Shown here one piece after another: positions 38,047-51,467 of a stretch of 64,000 nucleotides of DNA. Numbering within the stretch: position 1 is the stretch's first letter; every line of letters begins with the position of its first letter. Where the stretch lies: contig NC_058368.1 of NCBI RefSeq assembly GCF_018350175.1, positions 7,998,001 to 8,062,000 on the forward strand. Direction: 5' to 3'. The position numbers and the translations under genes were made by a program. This stretch comes from Felis catus. Its lineage: Eukaryota. The notes beneath the pieces are model-generated. The model was not told the origin of the DNA, ran no database searches, and saw only the letters and a program-made list of their open reading frames with translations.

Positions 38047-38108
38047 GCCCCTCCCCCACTCGTGCCATCTCTCTCTCAAAACATAAAGGTTAAAAAACAT
38101 TTTTTTTA
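37873..38108 (+). mobile_element. Can-SINE with long (CT)n
   Basis: TSD aaagacccact. Confidence 0.92.
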
Positions 38109-38793
38109 AAAGACCCACTTTTGAACAACAGTTGTTCTCGAAGAAAGTTAAAGTTGTGCATCTTAAAATGCTCCCAAATCTATTTTGGGTCACGGTCCTA
38201 GCCCAGGGGGACTCCAAAATCGTTAAGACCCCTGAACTTTGCTCTCCGTGCCTCCCACAGAACAGGCGACAGGGCCTTGCATGGAGCAGATGTGTGACCC
38301 ACGTCTGCAGATCACCTCCGTCTGCCGACGGCCCCTCCGGGGTCACACCGATTCGTGGGAGACGCGTTTCGGGAACGTGGTGACTGTCCTGTACAGGAGC
38401 ACCCAGCAGCGGGGCAATCACATCCACGGGAGGAGAGCGGTTCTCTCCACCACAGAGCTGTCCCCACGCCTCTGCGTCAGCGAGGTGCAAAAAACACCGT
38501 CGTGCTTATAACTGGTGCTGTTTCCCTAAACACAAAGTATAGGGATGACCTACGCTGTCTACACTAGCTAACACTTTACTAAGTTTACTTGCTTAAACTT
38601 GGGGAAGTTTGAAATTTTTAACTGACTCTACTGAGCTCCATAATAAGACATACATTTTACATTAGACTCTTTAAACTTTTGTTTCCGTTTGATCCACATA
38701 TGTGCACACACACACGTAAAATATGAGTGTGTACATGTGTGTATGCGTATGTGCATCAAGTGGAAACAAAAGTTTTATTTAAAAGTTTCCCTA

Positions 38794-39015
38794 TGGGGTG
38801 CCTGGGTGGCTCAGTCGGTTAAGCGTCCGACTTCAGCTCAGGTCACGATCTCACGGTCTGTGAGTTCAAGCCCCACGTCAGGCTCTGGGCTGATGGCTCA
38901 GAGCCTGGAGCCTGCTTCCGATTCTGTGTCTCCCTCTCTCTCTGCCCCTCCCCCATTCATGCTCTGTCTCTCTCTGTCCCCAAAATAAATAAACATTTAA
39001 AAAAAAATTTTTTTT
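38794..39015 (+). mobile_element. Can-SINE
   Basis: TSD aaagtttcccta. Confidence 0.95.
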
Positions 39016-39179
39016 TTAAAGTTTCCCTAAATAACGCTGACCCTTGCGTTTTGCAATATACTTGGATATTTTCCATTCTATTCTGCTTTATTGTTATTGT
39101 TTTAATGCCGATTACAACCCATTAATTTGCTTCCACAGACCATTAGCAGGTTGGGATGTACGTTTTAAAAAGCTCTGAC

Positions 39180-39410
39180 CACACCTGGGTGGCTCAGTCG
39201 GTGAGGCAGCTGACTTCGGCTCGGGTCATGATCTCATGGTCCATGAGTTCGAGCCCCATGTTGGGCTCTGTTTTGATAGCTCAGAGCCTGGAGCCTGCTT
39301 CGGATTCGGTGTCTCCCTCCCTCACTGCCCCTCCCCTGCTCGTGCTCTCTCTCTTTCAAAAATAAATAAACATTAAAAATTTTAATAAAAAAATAAATTA
39401 AATAAAAAAT
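39180..39410 (+). mobile_element. Can-SINE
   Basis: Body and A-rich tail; TSD aaaagc(t/c)ctga. Confidence 0.92.
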
Positions 39411-39943
39411 AAAAAGCCCTGATCAACTTGGTAAATAGAGTGACGTCTCCTTCCCATGTCGTGTGAGCTAGAACACAGCAGGGTAACGGAGCACCGTGCA
39501 TGCGGCTGGCACCCAAACAGGTGACTCTTCCCGACAGGCGACAACACAAGGCTCTCTGGGATCAAGAGAAGTTTCTCTAAGGTCTATCTGTCGCTCGGAA
39601 AAACACTCTGAAACCAGCTTAGCCGATCACTCCTCGAGAGAAAAAGAAATTGAATTTGAAATTTAAAAAAATTTTAAGAACGAGACAGTCCACCGAATGA
39701 CAATTAGTGTTGTCTGAAGTCAGCAGCTGAAACGTCAGGGTCGTGACAACACCTGGGGATCACCCGGATCCCCATCCTGGCTTGTCATTTTATTAGCTCT
39801 GTCTCATGAAGGTCACTGAAGCTGCTCTCTCGTCCAGAAAAGGGAAGAAATAAGACCCGCATAGTTTATCTCAGAGATAATTATGTAAAAGCTCTTCAGG
39901 AAACTGAAGTACTGTACAAACGAGTACATCAGGCTGTGCCCTA

Positions 39944-40282
39944 GGGACTCAGTCGTTAAGACGCTGGCTCAGGTCATGATCTCACGGCTTGTGACTTCAA
40001 GCCCTGTGCCCTGCATCAGGCTCTGCACTGACAGTATGCAGCCTGCTTTGGATTCTCTGTCTCCCCCTCTCTCTCCCCTTCCCCCGCCCCCCCTCTCTCT
40101 CTCCCACTCTCAAAAATAAAATAACTCAAATGAGGGACGCCTGGGTGGCTCAGCTCTGGCTGTGCTGACGGCTCAGAGCCTGGAACCTGTTTCAGATTCT
40201 GTGTCTCCCTCTCCCTCTGCCCCTTTCCTCCTTGTGCTCTCTCTCTCAAAAATAAACAAACACTTAAAAAATAAAAAACAAA
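39944..40282 (+). mobile_element. Two adjacent Can-SINEs; the second (from 40133) is internally deleted
   Basis: Two CT-rich regions and two A-tails; the second jumps from gggtggctcag to ctctggctgtgctgac. Confidence 0.85.
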
Positions 40283-40404
40283 AGTAATTGGACCCTTCTC
40301 AGAATGTCTGCGCCATTAGTATTTTTATTTGCTGGGCGTCCCATAGCCAGGTAGAGCTTCTCATTTTCCGTGAAGGTGTGATGATCATTCTCCCCCAGAA
40401 TATC

Positions 40405-40508
40405 TGGAAAATGCTTTTAAGTAATTTCTGTGCCCAACATGGGGTTCGAACTCACGGCCCCAAGAGCGAGAGTCACATGCTCCACTGAATGAGCCAGCCA
40501 GGTGTCCC
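40405..40508 (-). mobile_element. Short tRNA-derived carnivore SINE
   Basis: Reverse-complement head gggacacctggctggctcattcag; TSD cccagaatatc. Confidence 0.8.
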
Positions 40509-43500
40509 ATCTCTCCCAGAATATCAGAGTTATTAGAACCTCTACTACTTTTCATTGATGTACCCAGCGTGTCTGATCATTTTTTTTTTTTTTACCTGAA
40601 ATTAAGCTGCTATGCACGTCTCATGAGTTTTACACACAGGAGAGAACCAATGGAGAAAAAAAATCGGTTACGAAAATTCTCCACTTTGTTTTCCTAGTCT
40701 CGGAGAGAAAAGCAATCAGGTAAAGAGAAGCAGGATAAAAAAAAGATGAGTTTCTTCTACAGGGAAGAGGTAGGAGATATTCACCCAGCAGGTAACACAC
40801 GCACATCCATTTTTTTCCCCCTTTTCCATTATAATTTTTCAACAGAGGACATTGTTCTTAAATAGCCCGAAAAGGCTCGGTCGTGGAGAGAGGAGGAATC
40901 CAGGCTGACTTCACAGTGTGGGGAACTCATCATGCTAAGTTCAAGGTCTTCCTAACTAAACCGGAGACGCTGACAAAATATTAAATACTTCAGAGATGCC
41001 ATTAAAAACTTCTGCTCCATTTTCTTACTTTATGGCCCCAACTCACATATTATCGTAATAGTTTCAATGAAATCCTCCTTTTAGGAAAGGTTGAGCTGGA
41101 GCCAATTTCTTGTGTATACCAGCGGCAGAAAAGCCGTGCAAACGCATTCCTTCCTCTCTGTAAAGGGGCGGGTGAACACCACCTAAGTAGCCCTTACATT
41201 ACTAGTCATCTAGAAATCTTAGTTTGCAAGTAGCAAAGCATGAAGGAGCGCTTTACAATTTGCTTTTCTTTGTGACCCAGAATTTTGTAGCTATAACTAT
41301 GCGGGGAGTCGGGGGGGGGGGCGGGGGTGGAATCCATTCATTTTGCGGGCACAATTTTTTAAAATGCATATAGTGTCTTTCAACTACTCCCACTCAGCAG
41401 CCATTTTATCAAGCCCAAGCCCAGGGTGTATGGGGAGAGGATGATGACTGTCTTTGCATCGGTGTCATTTAGTGAGACAAAGCTCTCCCTGAGTATGGGT
41501 CCGGGAACAAGGTGCCCAGGTCCCCTCCGGAAATCCGAGGGTCTCTGACTGCTCTCCCTCACCCGCCACGACCCAACCACCCACCAAGGTCAACTGAATC
41601 CCTCCAACCCACCGACTTCTCCACTTCCCCGTGGCTGCCAAAGCGACCTGGGACCACCAGCTCCCTTGCCTCCGTGCACTCAACAACCCCCTCCCTGGTC
41701 TCCCCGCCTCTGTCTTGCCCTCTCTGGATGTCCTCCCACCACGGAGACTCGGAAGGGAAAAACCTGACTCCTTTACTCTGCTGCTAATACTCTTCTGGTC
41801 CCTCCCCACGTAGCCTCAGCGTGAAGTGGGTCTCAGGTCCTTTGCTTGGAAAACGAAAAGGAGTGCTTCGAGGGGCGGTGGCGAGAACAAAATGGCACGA
41901 CGCAAACAAACCCGTTGGTTTAAACGCAAAGAAAATACAAACGTAAGGCGTTATTACGTTCAAGGAAATTGTAATTTACCAGACCATTCGGTAATTAAGG
42001 TACTTAAAGTTAATTACTCCAATAATTAAATTGATGTAACGTATTACGTCAGAGGCTTGGGGGATCTGAACAAGCTGTAATGCCAAAGTGACAATGTTGA
42101 CCTTTCTGAATACCAAGCATGAGATGTGGTGTGCGAATCAGTGCCCAGTGGGGAAGGGGGAAGACTGCCGGTTACACAGCAGGGAATCAACAATGCCTAC
42201 AGAATGGTTTGGGTTATAATTCACGTGCTGGCTCTCCACGGACAAAGCTACACGGCCCCGGTTCTTTTCCTCGGCACCCCATCGGACCACAAACCTAAGT
42301 CTCTCTCAAAAGATGTGTCTCACACCGTTTCTCATCTTTAGAGAAAACCAAAATCAAATGCCAACACATCTGCAGATGCTTCTCAGGAGAGAAGTCCTCC
42401 AGACAGAATAATGTGCTCTGAAGTAAACATTCAACAATAATAAATAAGTGACAACCAGTGAACGACTAGTGAGTAATCACAGCCGTGTATCAGGAACTGG
42501 TTGGAGTTTTATTAATCCCAGAGACAATTCTGACTCATCAGAGGTAGGTTTCGTGCCCCCGAAAGAAATTAAACCTGCAACGTAGCATGTATTCCATTAA
42601 CATGGAAGCATACGACTGCATTTTTTTCAAAGGAATTGAAAAAACAAATGAAAATAGGGAATGCGTAAAATGTTACACGATTTGGAAAAGTTACAACTGC
42701 TTCCTAAACTATATCGCAGCTACCTGGGACTTCAATGAAGCGTGTTAAGAGATCAACATCACTATCAGGAAAGACCACAAAACCGGTGTTACTGTTCAGA
42801 GTACAGTTTAATAGGCGTGTAGGAGGTAAAAGTGAAAACAGCTGAACGTTATTTTTTCGGGAAAAAATAAGAGAGATGTTTTAAGGGTTGTTTTTTTACC
42901 CATCTGAGTATCTGATTTGCAAGTCAGATTCTGATAAACCCACCGGAGAAAAAGTTTCTTAGGAGAATCTTAGTCCGAATGAATCTTCTCCCATTCCTCT
43001 GGAGAGATGGGAATAAAAGCGTTTTCTTTCCTCCGAGTGCCAGAAAGAACGTAACATACTATGCGGAACTAGAACGGGTGGCTGGGTCCGTGACTTTTTT
43101 GCACCACTATCAAAGGTTGTGTCTGCTTTTATCATGGGCTGCAAAAGTACCTCTCTGGAAGTCTCCGTCCCTACTCTGCCCCGCTCTCCACTCCAGCGTT
43201 TTCTGCCTGCCACCCTCACGTCCCTCCTGTGGGAAGTGGGCTGACTTCCCCAAGCCAAGATCCCTGGCCTACTCCCCCCTCTTACTTTGAAGTACACTTG
43301 CTCCATTCCTGTGATGGCAAACTGCTAGTAAGTTGTTATCTACCCCCTTGGAAAAGTGCAACATGTAAAAACAGGAGCAGAGAGGCAGCTGAGTCTCAAT
43401 CAGGCTGATCAGAGCTAGAAAGATGTTACTGACTGTATCACACAACTGTTCTACTGTCTCCTAAAACTAGTTCTGAATCTGGGCGATCACATGTTATGCT

Positions 43501-44224
43501 CGGTAAAACACGGTCTAGTTGTCTCATTTCAAAACGTAAAAAAAAAAAAAAAAAAAAAAAAGAATCCTGCCCAAACACGCTCCAATGCAAGAACTCACCA
43601 GAAGGCAGACCCACCATGTATATTTAGACTATCGACAGCAATGGTTGCTTGTTCGGTTTTTTTAACTTGATTTTGGGCTAGATGCCAACTAACTTTGCTT
43701 TGTGTTCTCTAGAGCCTTGGGGGTTTGTTGTTGTTGTTGCTTTAAATCCCACTCAACAAGTTTTGGAAATTGGCTGGAACTAAGCAAGGAAGAACAAAAC
43801 GATGGGCCATTTTCCTTATTCTTTCTTGGGGACCCGTTTCTACCGTCAAGGTATATTTCTTTAAGGATTTTGCATTTCTCGCCTCGGAGTATCACTTGGT
43901 TTGTTCGTTCTCCAAGGAGTGAAAAACAGTGCCATAAAAATTAAAACTGGAAAACAATTCATTTTTACCTTTTGCCCATTCTACTACGGAATGATACACG
44001 TCAGCTCCTACTGTCATTACAATACTTGCTCGATGAACACGAAATAATTCAACATCATCAACTGGAACCAATTTTGTAACATTCAAGGGACATTAGCAAC
44101 GTTACCTTTGTAATTTGGTAGAAAGAACAGTATTTTACAATTCTGACATGTAAGAGAATACAGTTGTGTTAAAGGACAAGAAAAATCTTACATTCTATTT
44201 TGCTCTTAATTGAACTAAAATCTT

Positions 44225-44340
44225 GTCGCTCATTTATTGATCCAACTGTGCAATGGGCCACCCATTTCCTCTCGGTGCTATGGATACGGCGGTGAACGAA
44301 CTAGACAAGAGTCTCTCCTTGCAGGGAACACATCATTGAC
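44225..44340 (-). mobile_element. L2 3'-end relic
   Basis: catttattga...ggtgctatggatacggcggtgaacgaa...gtctctccttgcagggaac resembles the reverse-complement L2 3' end. Confidence 0.6.
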
Positions 44341-44529
44341 TACCGGGCCTTGAGGATTGTGATTGAAGCGGACACTCAAGAAATGCACTGAAAATGCATT
44401 CCACCAGTTTCTGGGGGCAGAATCTCTTTCCTGGTTCATGTCCTTCACCACTAGGAATGCCCACTTTCCAAGGGACCAGGGTGAATTTATATCTCACGGC
44501 AAACAGAATGTAGAAAACGGAGATCTTAC

Positions 44530-44756
44530 CATTAATAAATATATAGATTGTAGATTCTGTTTTCTTCTTCTTTGAAGTGGGTGTAGATAGATATTTGCAG
44601 CTATAGAAGCCAGTGTGGTTTGCTTGAGCCATGTTCAAGGTCAAAGTACTGCAGAACTGTTTATCATTCCTTCCACAGGCAGATTTAGTTATGCTCAGCC
44701 TTTTGCTTTCCTTTCTCACTGTTTCAGGCAAAGACCATGAATGGGCTGCTTCCCCT
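44530..44756 (-). CDS. FLT1: FLT1 exon 3 (227 nt), Ig domain 1: GEAAHSWSLPETVRKESKRLSITKSACGRNDKQFCSTLTLNMAQANHTGFYSCKYLSTPTSKKKKTESTIYIFIN
   Basis: Within ORF 44333..44818; TGCAG acceptor, GTAAGA donor; phase matches exons 2 and 4. Confidence 0.97.
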
Positions 44757-45159
44757 CTGCAATCACAGATAAGGAAACACAACACAGTGAGGGCTGGGGC
44801 CAGGTCCCAAGCATCCATCTCGTTAGGAAGCGCTGTTCTGAGGGCCTTGAAAGGTGGTCATCTTCTGGACAGAGACACAACTTGGCGTTTAGAAAGCTTT
44901 TAAACAACTCGGAAGCAAAATGCAAAAAAAAAAAAAAAAAAAAAAAAAAAGGCTAGGGGCATCCCTTCCGTGTTTCTCCTTGACCGAGTGAATCTCTCCT
45001 TGTGAAGCTGGAGCATGCAGCTTGCATTTTGCAGATCACAAGAGACCACTGAAGTCCCCACCTTTGTTCTCTGAGAGGCCACGTTTCTACTCCGCCAGGG
45101 AATGATTTTTGCCTTAGGAAAGGCAACCAGGGTATCCCCGAACCAACACAGTCACTTAC

Positions 45160-45256
45160 CTACATTTGAGATACAGTGTCTGGCCTGCTTGCATGATGTG
45201 CTGGGAGCCTTTTAAACTCAGTTCAGGACCTTTTAATTTCGAACCTGAACTAGATC
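45160..45256 (-). CDS. FLT1: FLT1 exon 2 (97 nt): (G)SSSGSKLKGPELSLKGSQHIMQAGQTLYLKC(R)
   Basis: Manual translation; acceptor AG at 45258-45257, donor GTAAGT from 45159; not in the ORF track on this strand. Confidence 0.96.
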
Positions 45257-47551
45257 CTGGAAAACAAATTTTGGAAATGTATTATTTGCAAATTGCCTTC
45301 TCATTTTCCTTAAGTCCTATCTTTCCACAAAGATCACTTCGAATCTTTAACTTGCTTGCCCGTGCAAAAAGGTACATGTCATATTAAATTCTTTTAACTC
45401 ACAATTTTTTTCCCAGTCCTAGCCTCATTCACAAATATTATATGCCCTATTATACCAGATGATTTAAGTTAAGATCCCAAAACCATTAAATTTAGAACAT
45501 TAATAGATTTATGCACGTTTCTAAATGCAGCTACATTAAGAATACAAAGTAGCATCAAAAACTCTCAGGATTAAATGTCAGTGTCCTTCAAAACTGAACT
45601 TCCACCCTGGTGGATAATCTGGTCGTACAGGCCTGGCTGATCTTTTTTTCTCAAATACAAAGTATACACACTTCCTGGGTTATAGACATAGTTCAGTGAT
45701 TAGTAAGGTCATGATATTTTGGGTGAGTCATTTCTCTTTCTGAACGAGTTTCCTCATTTGGAAAACCAATTATAGACCAAAATCGGTTTTAGAAGCCCTT
45801 GGTTTGTCTTACATAATCTCCAAGTTCCCTCTATAATGGAACAGAAAAAAGGAACTATTCACCTCTACGTGACATTCGACAAGCATACTTCATGGGGAAT
45901 GTTGCAAGACAATGAAATAAGCCACACAAAAGTGCCTGGACATCTACACATCTCCATACAACACGATAATAGCATCCACCTGAGGGACTCTGTGTGCCAC
46001 TAGCCAAGCCACCTCTCTCTCCAGACCTCAGTTCTCTTATCTGCAAACCGAGAGACTGGGCTAGATGACCTTGGGTATCTGACTCCATTTCTGACATCTC
46101 CAGTCCCATGATCCTTGGAACCATTGGTGTTATTGGAGGGTGATCCTCTCCTGAAGCGGTGTTGGGCACTGACTCACCACAATAAATATCAAGAAGGATC
46201 TCTCCTGCCTCCTGCTCCCCCGCCCTCCTCCCTCCCAGTGGAGGCAGCTGCAGATGCCTGGTAAAAGCAGGACATCAGGGCCCAGGATTAGCAGGGATAA
46301 GGGTTAGGGGGGTGGAGAATGGATATTCTTGGAGGAAAATTCTTGGAGCCAATCTTAAAAATATTTTTTCACTTAAGAAATAGGCTCACGCGGTAGAGTT
46401 CAAGGTAGATGGCTGAGCCGAACAATCTTCTAGGTTTTCATGTCAGATCACAGATCAGGGAGATGAGATACACACGTCAACCTCCACGGTTAAGGCTAGC
46501 AGTACTCTCTAGCGTTACTCGTGGGTCCTGTTATCGCAAAGAAAACTAGACTGAGCTAAAAGGCCTGCGTTTGAAGCTTAAGTTCTCCATTTACTAAGCG
46601 CATGGTCTTGGCATTCTGTACTTGGTGCTCCTTAGTATCCTCGTGTGTGAAACCGGAAAGCCCATGACCTACCTTGCAGGCATGGCGTGTGGTGTCAGTG
46701 CTGTGTCATCTAAGTGGTGGGTGCTGCCTGACATGGGGCAGATACCCAATCGCTGCCATCTCGCAGACTTGCTCTCCCCGACTTGTGTCACCGAGTATTA
46801 TGTTGAGATGTAATTGCCAAGACATTACGTGAACTTAATCTGCATTTCCGGTGTTTGCTGGTGATATATATTAATGTTGTAAAAGCAACTTTTATACAGC
46901 ATAGGTCCTGGTATCAGATTGCTACTAGGAAAAAAGGGCTCCATATGAACTAATTTAAGTTAAAATCAAGGTTTCATAGGGATGCAATCGGTCTATCCAA
47001 TAACCCCACAGAACACGTCAACCCATTCAGGTACCTAGGGAAGCACTTTGTACTTTATTTATCTTTAGGAGTTTCCTGAGGCAACATGTAGCTCAAAACC
47101 AGTGATCCGTGGGAACACTAAGGTTTTCTCAAGCCACAGTCAGCAACTGATAACACCTATCCTGAAAAACGTCCGGGCCAGGATACTTGCTGCCCTACTT
47201 TATGGCACAGAATTCTGGAGATTTAATTAAGCAGTTGTTCGTGTGCTGGAAAAAATCCAGCGAAGACTCCTGCGGAAAATTCTGGCAGTACGTGGAAGTA
47301 TCTCTACGGCTGACGTGGAGATGATGAGCTTTCTCACCCAAGAGGCCAGGGGAAAGCCTCCCTTTTCGTGACATGAGGTGAACCCCACTGACTACCACTT
47401 TGGTTTCCAAATCATGAGTCTTTATCAGCGCCCCCCAAAAAACAGCACTCCTGACATTCATCAGAAGGAAGCTTGGACCTCAAAGACCCACCCAAATCAC
47501 AGCTGAGGGAAGTGCTATACCGAGAAGAGGCCCTTAAAGAACACACCATCC

Positions 47552-47765
47552 AGGGGCACCTGGAGGCTCAGTCAGTTGAGCGTCCAACTCTAGATTTTGG
47601 CTCAGGTCATGATCCCAGGGTCGTTGGATCGAGACCTGTGTCGGGCTCTGCACTGAGCATGGAGCCTGCTTGGGATTCTCTCTCTCTCCCCCCACCTCTG
47701 CCCCTCTCCCCAACTCCCTCTTGCTCTAAAATGAAAAAAAAAAAAATTAAAAAAAAAAAAAACAA
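47552..47765 (+). mobile_element. Can-SINE
   Basis: Head ggggcacctggaggctcagtc, CT-rich region, A-tail. Confidence 0.92.
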
Positions 47766-48332
47766 CCCGAATACGCCATCCACACACTCTCCTCGGCACT
47801 TCCCATCCCATCGTCCCACTGAAAGAAAGCAACACAACTGAGCAGTTAAATAAGACACAGAAAACGATAGGGTTCTTGGAAAGTTTAGGGGGGAAAATGC
47901 TAAGGAAAAATAATTTGCTATATAATGAGTCTCCCCCCCGACATCAATGAATTTTGCACTCGGAATGAGGAAGCTAGATAAAAGTAGTTGATTAAAACAA
48001 AGGAAAGGAGGAGTAAGAGGAAAAGATCTCCAAGGAACTGGACACTCTGACTATCCCATCATTCTTCAGTTAATAGGAAACCAGCATCTCATAAAGATTA
48101 ACGGACGTGCCAAGACTATAGTTTAACGGGAAAACCAACAGGGAAAAGGAAGGTGACATATTTATTCCTCAAATGCTTGGAAAACACATTAGGCCTGAAA
48201 ACATTTTTTAAAGCAATTTAACGCCCATACACCTACTTGAGTAGTGAAGATTTGACTAACATTCTTTGAGTCTCTACTGTAGGTCGGCCCTTTCTCCATT
48301 TCACTAGTGATGTGTATCAAGATATATGAATA

Positions 48333-48523
48333 TGGGGGCGCTTCGTGGGGGGCTCCGTCGGTTAAGTGTCTGACTCTTGATTTTGGCTCTGGTCAAGAGC
48401 TCATGGTTCATGAATTTGAGCCCCACGTCAAGCTCCGCACTGAGCGCGGAGCCTGCTCGGGATGCTCTCTCCTTCCGCCTCTCTCTCCAAATAAATAAAT
48501 AAACGTAAAAAAACAAAATAATA
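48333..48523 (+). mobile_element. Can-SINE (older)
   Basis: Diverged head; degenerate TSD aagatata..aatatg. Confidence 0.88.
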
Positions 48524-48825
48524 AAGATATAAATATGTACCTATCCCATATCCATTGTCACAGCAAGTGAAAATCAGCTGGCTCTTCTCAGTGATGGCTC
48601 AGAATCACACCGCCCAGTTGGAAACAGATCCCCAGGATACTTTATTTCCAAAAGGGGAGTGCTAGAATTTAACAAGGATTCTCCCTGTGTGAAGCTCAGA
48701 CGGGGACCCGAACTTCCCACCGTTGGCCACGGTGGCCCAGAAACCTGGTTTAAACAAATTATGGTCCCCTCAGTGAATTAGGTGGTCTGTGAACTACTGT
48801 TTCTGTCCAACTCAACTACAATAGA

Positions 48826-49270
48826 CAGCAGTCTCACCTTATCTGCAAGGGACCAAGACCCCCAGTGGATGCCCGAAACCACAACAGCACCAAACCCTAC
48901 ATATACTATGTTTTCTCCCATGCATACACACCCGTGATTCAGCTCAGTTCTTAAGGTTGGCACAGTAAGAGATGAACAAGAATAATAAAACAGGCCAATT
49001 ATTAGAATACACTGCAATCAACGTCACGCGGGTGTGGTCTTTCTCGCAAGATATCTCACTGTACTTGCACCCACCGTTCTCCTTCTGATGATGTGAGATG
49101 ACACAATGGCCACGTGATGAGGTGAAGTGAGGTCAGTGACGCAGGCACGGTGACCGAGCGTGAGGCTATTAATGACTTTCTGCCCGTACGTCAGAAAGAT
49201 GATGAGTGCTTCCAGGCCACAGGTGACTGAAACCGTGGAAAGCAAAACCAGACATATGGGGGGACTACTG
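48826..49270. mobile_element. MER44-like (Tigger/Tc1-mariner family) non-autonomous DNA transposon
   Basis: Degenerate terminal inverted repeats cagcagtctcaccttatctg ... cagacatatggggggactactg followed by TA; interior ccaagacccccagtggatgcccgaaacc...ggcacagtaagagat resembles the recalled MER44 consensus. Confidence 0.85.
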
Positions 49271-49431
49271 TAATCACGAGAGGCAAAGAGATCCAGTTCT
49301 GTCAGGAAAAATCATCATTTAAATAACAAAACAAAAAACAATGCAGACCATGGAAATGGGTTTATCCCATGCTCCTTTATTAGAATAACCTATCAAGCGT
49401 TGTGGCGTAATAGTGTTAAAAAACTACCATG

Positions 49432-49538
49432 GGGGGTACCTGGCCGGTTCAGCGAGAAAAGCATGTGACTCTGGATCTCGGGGTCATGAGTTTAAGCCCC
49501 ACACTGGGTGTATGGATTACTTAAATAAAAAACTTAAA
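49432..49538 (+). mobile_element. Short tRNA-derived carnivore SINE
   Basis: gcatgtgactctggatctcggggtcatgagtttaagccccacactgggtgtatggattacttaaataaaa. Confidence 0.85.
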
Positions 49539-50506
49539 ACCAGTAGGTGTATACGGACTTAGGTGAATAGGGACACTTTATATTATTCTTGTCTGAATAT
49601 TTTCTTCATTGTTTGTTGTGTTTTGTCTGGCGGGTAGAAAGAATAGAACTGCATGACTCGCTGACAAAAACCCCTTCCCTTCCCACACGCCAAACCTCTG
49701 GTTGAAAGCCCACACACAGACTATTCTAAAACGCGCTCTCCATTCCCCCACCTTCGCGTCTCAGGCAAAATGGAGCGCCTTCTTGGACTTCAGTGGGAAG
49801 AGTGAGTACAATTCCAAGTAAAGTACGGCTTTATTTTGCAATCAAAGCCAAGGCCCCAACGACTGAGGTTCTTTATTCAAAGCTAACCCTGCTGGATACT
49901 AACACACCAAACTTCCACCATAGGTCACGATGAACCAGATAGCCTGGCCCATCACTTTGAAGACTGAGAGAGACTCTTACATAAAGTCTGACTAAAAGTA
50001 GCCTTGGAAAACTGCTGTTTTTATTGTTCGGAGTAAAAATCGTGTTCTTGTTGGCTGAATGCAGTTTCAAGATAAACCTCTCAGCTCCTCTTTCTTCCAG
50101 ACGCCCCCCTGCCCCTTCCTTTGCTTCTACGATACTGAAATCAAAGGGTTACTCTCTGTAAGAAAGGGGCCTTACTCAGATAGAAATCATGAAACATCCA
50201 GATTTTTCCAGTTTTTGTTTAGCATCATTGATCTCTCCAGCTTAGCGACTGTGGTAGCCACGGACATATCACGTAAGCCTCAGGTGCCTCATCTGCCAAC
50301 AGAGGGGGGTGGCCTGCGAATCCCAGAATTCCTTCCAGACTAAAAGTTCTATGATCTGGAGATTACAGTCACTGATACCCACGTACAAGTTAGAAATCAC
50401 GTCAAAACTACTCACGAGGAATGAAGAAGTACTTACACACACTACAACCTAGATGGCCCTTGAAAATATCATGCAGGCGCACAAGAAAGGAAAAGGCCGT
50501 ATTAGA

Positions 50507-50632
50507 ACACAGGGAGAAGCCGGCCGTCTACAAGCCACAGAGAAAGGCCTCAGGAGAGGCCAAACCTGTCGATACCGCAGATTTGGACTTCCAGCTTCCA
50601 GACTGTGAGAAAAGAAATGTCTCTCATTTGAG
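50507..50632 (+). mobile_element. MaLR (MLT1-like) LTR fragment
   Basis: ccgtctacaagcca...ggcctcaggaga...ttggacttccagcttccagactgtgagaaaagaaat. Confidence 0.75.
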
Positions 50633-50839
50633 AACCCAAAGCAAAAACACCACTGCTAAGGAAAAGCAGCCTGTCACAAATGGCCACACACCGGATGCTT
50701 CCATTTGTCTGAAATGTCTAGCGTAGGCAAATCCACAGAAAATACATTCGTGGTGGCTAGGGGCCGGGGAAGAAGAAAATGGAGAGTATGGGGCTTCTTC
50801 CCGGGGTGGTGAAAATGTTCTAAAATTAGATAGCGGTGG

Positions 50840-51161
50840 TGTGGTGGGGTCCTCTCCCTAAGGATCGAAAATAAACAAAAACAAAAACAACCTCAAGGCA
50901 ACCTGACTCCATGCGTACGTGATAACATCCCTCATGACCTCGTAACACGAGACCGCTTTTTATCAGACTGCCTGTTTCTGTGTTACCAAACATGGGACAT
51001 AGAGAAAGAGAAAACGTATAAAAAAAAAACGATGCCGCGTGGCATTCAGCTCTTCGGGTCTTCGGCTACGAACCCAATGGAGCAGTCCCAGCACAGATCA
51101 AGTTGCTTCCTGGAGAGGACAGTCTCGGTGTCCCGACCCTCTGCGCCGGAATCCTGCTACA
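50840..51161 (+). mobile_element. Putative ERV solo LTR (about 322 bp)
   Basis: Begins TGTGGTGGG, ends TGCTACA, contains a TATA-like cgtataaaa and cleanly interrupts the L1 3' UTR; family not identified. Confidence 0.6.
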
Positions 51162-51213
51162 GCGATGGCTGCTCAATGCTGAGTACGTTAAAAAAAAAAA
51201 ACACTGAATTATA

Positions 51214-51326
51214 GGATCTCACAGTTCGTGGGATCAAGCCCCATGTAGGGCTGACAGCATGGGGCCTGCTTGGGGTTCTCGCTTTCCCTCTCTCTCTGCC
51301 TCTCCCACATTCTCCCTCTTTCTCTA

Positions 51327-51359
<33 letters not shown>

Positions 51360-51370
51360 GCAAGCATTAA
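51214..51370 (+). mobile_element. 5'-truncated Can-SINE with (AATC)n tail
   Basis: Starts at gatctcacagttcgtggg; degenerate TSD acactgaattata / acaccaaattata. Confidence 0.85.
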
Positions 51371-51467
51371 AACCACACCAAATTATACGATTTAAAATGG
51401 GGAGTTTCATGGTATGTGAATTTTATCTCAAAACTTTTTTTTTTTTTTTTTTAAATAAAGAACTTAT

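Larger units (their letters stand above)
50660..51433 (+). mobile_element. Old L1M 3'-UTR relic interrupted by a putative LTR and a SINE
   Basis: ttccatttgtctgaaatgtctag..taggcaaatccacag...ggtgaaaatgttctaaaattagatagcggtg | gatggctgctcaa...actgaattata | tttaaaatgggg...tggtatgtgaattttatctcaa. Confidence 0.8.
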
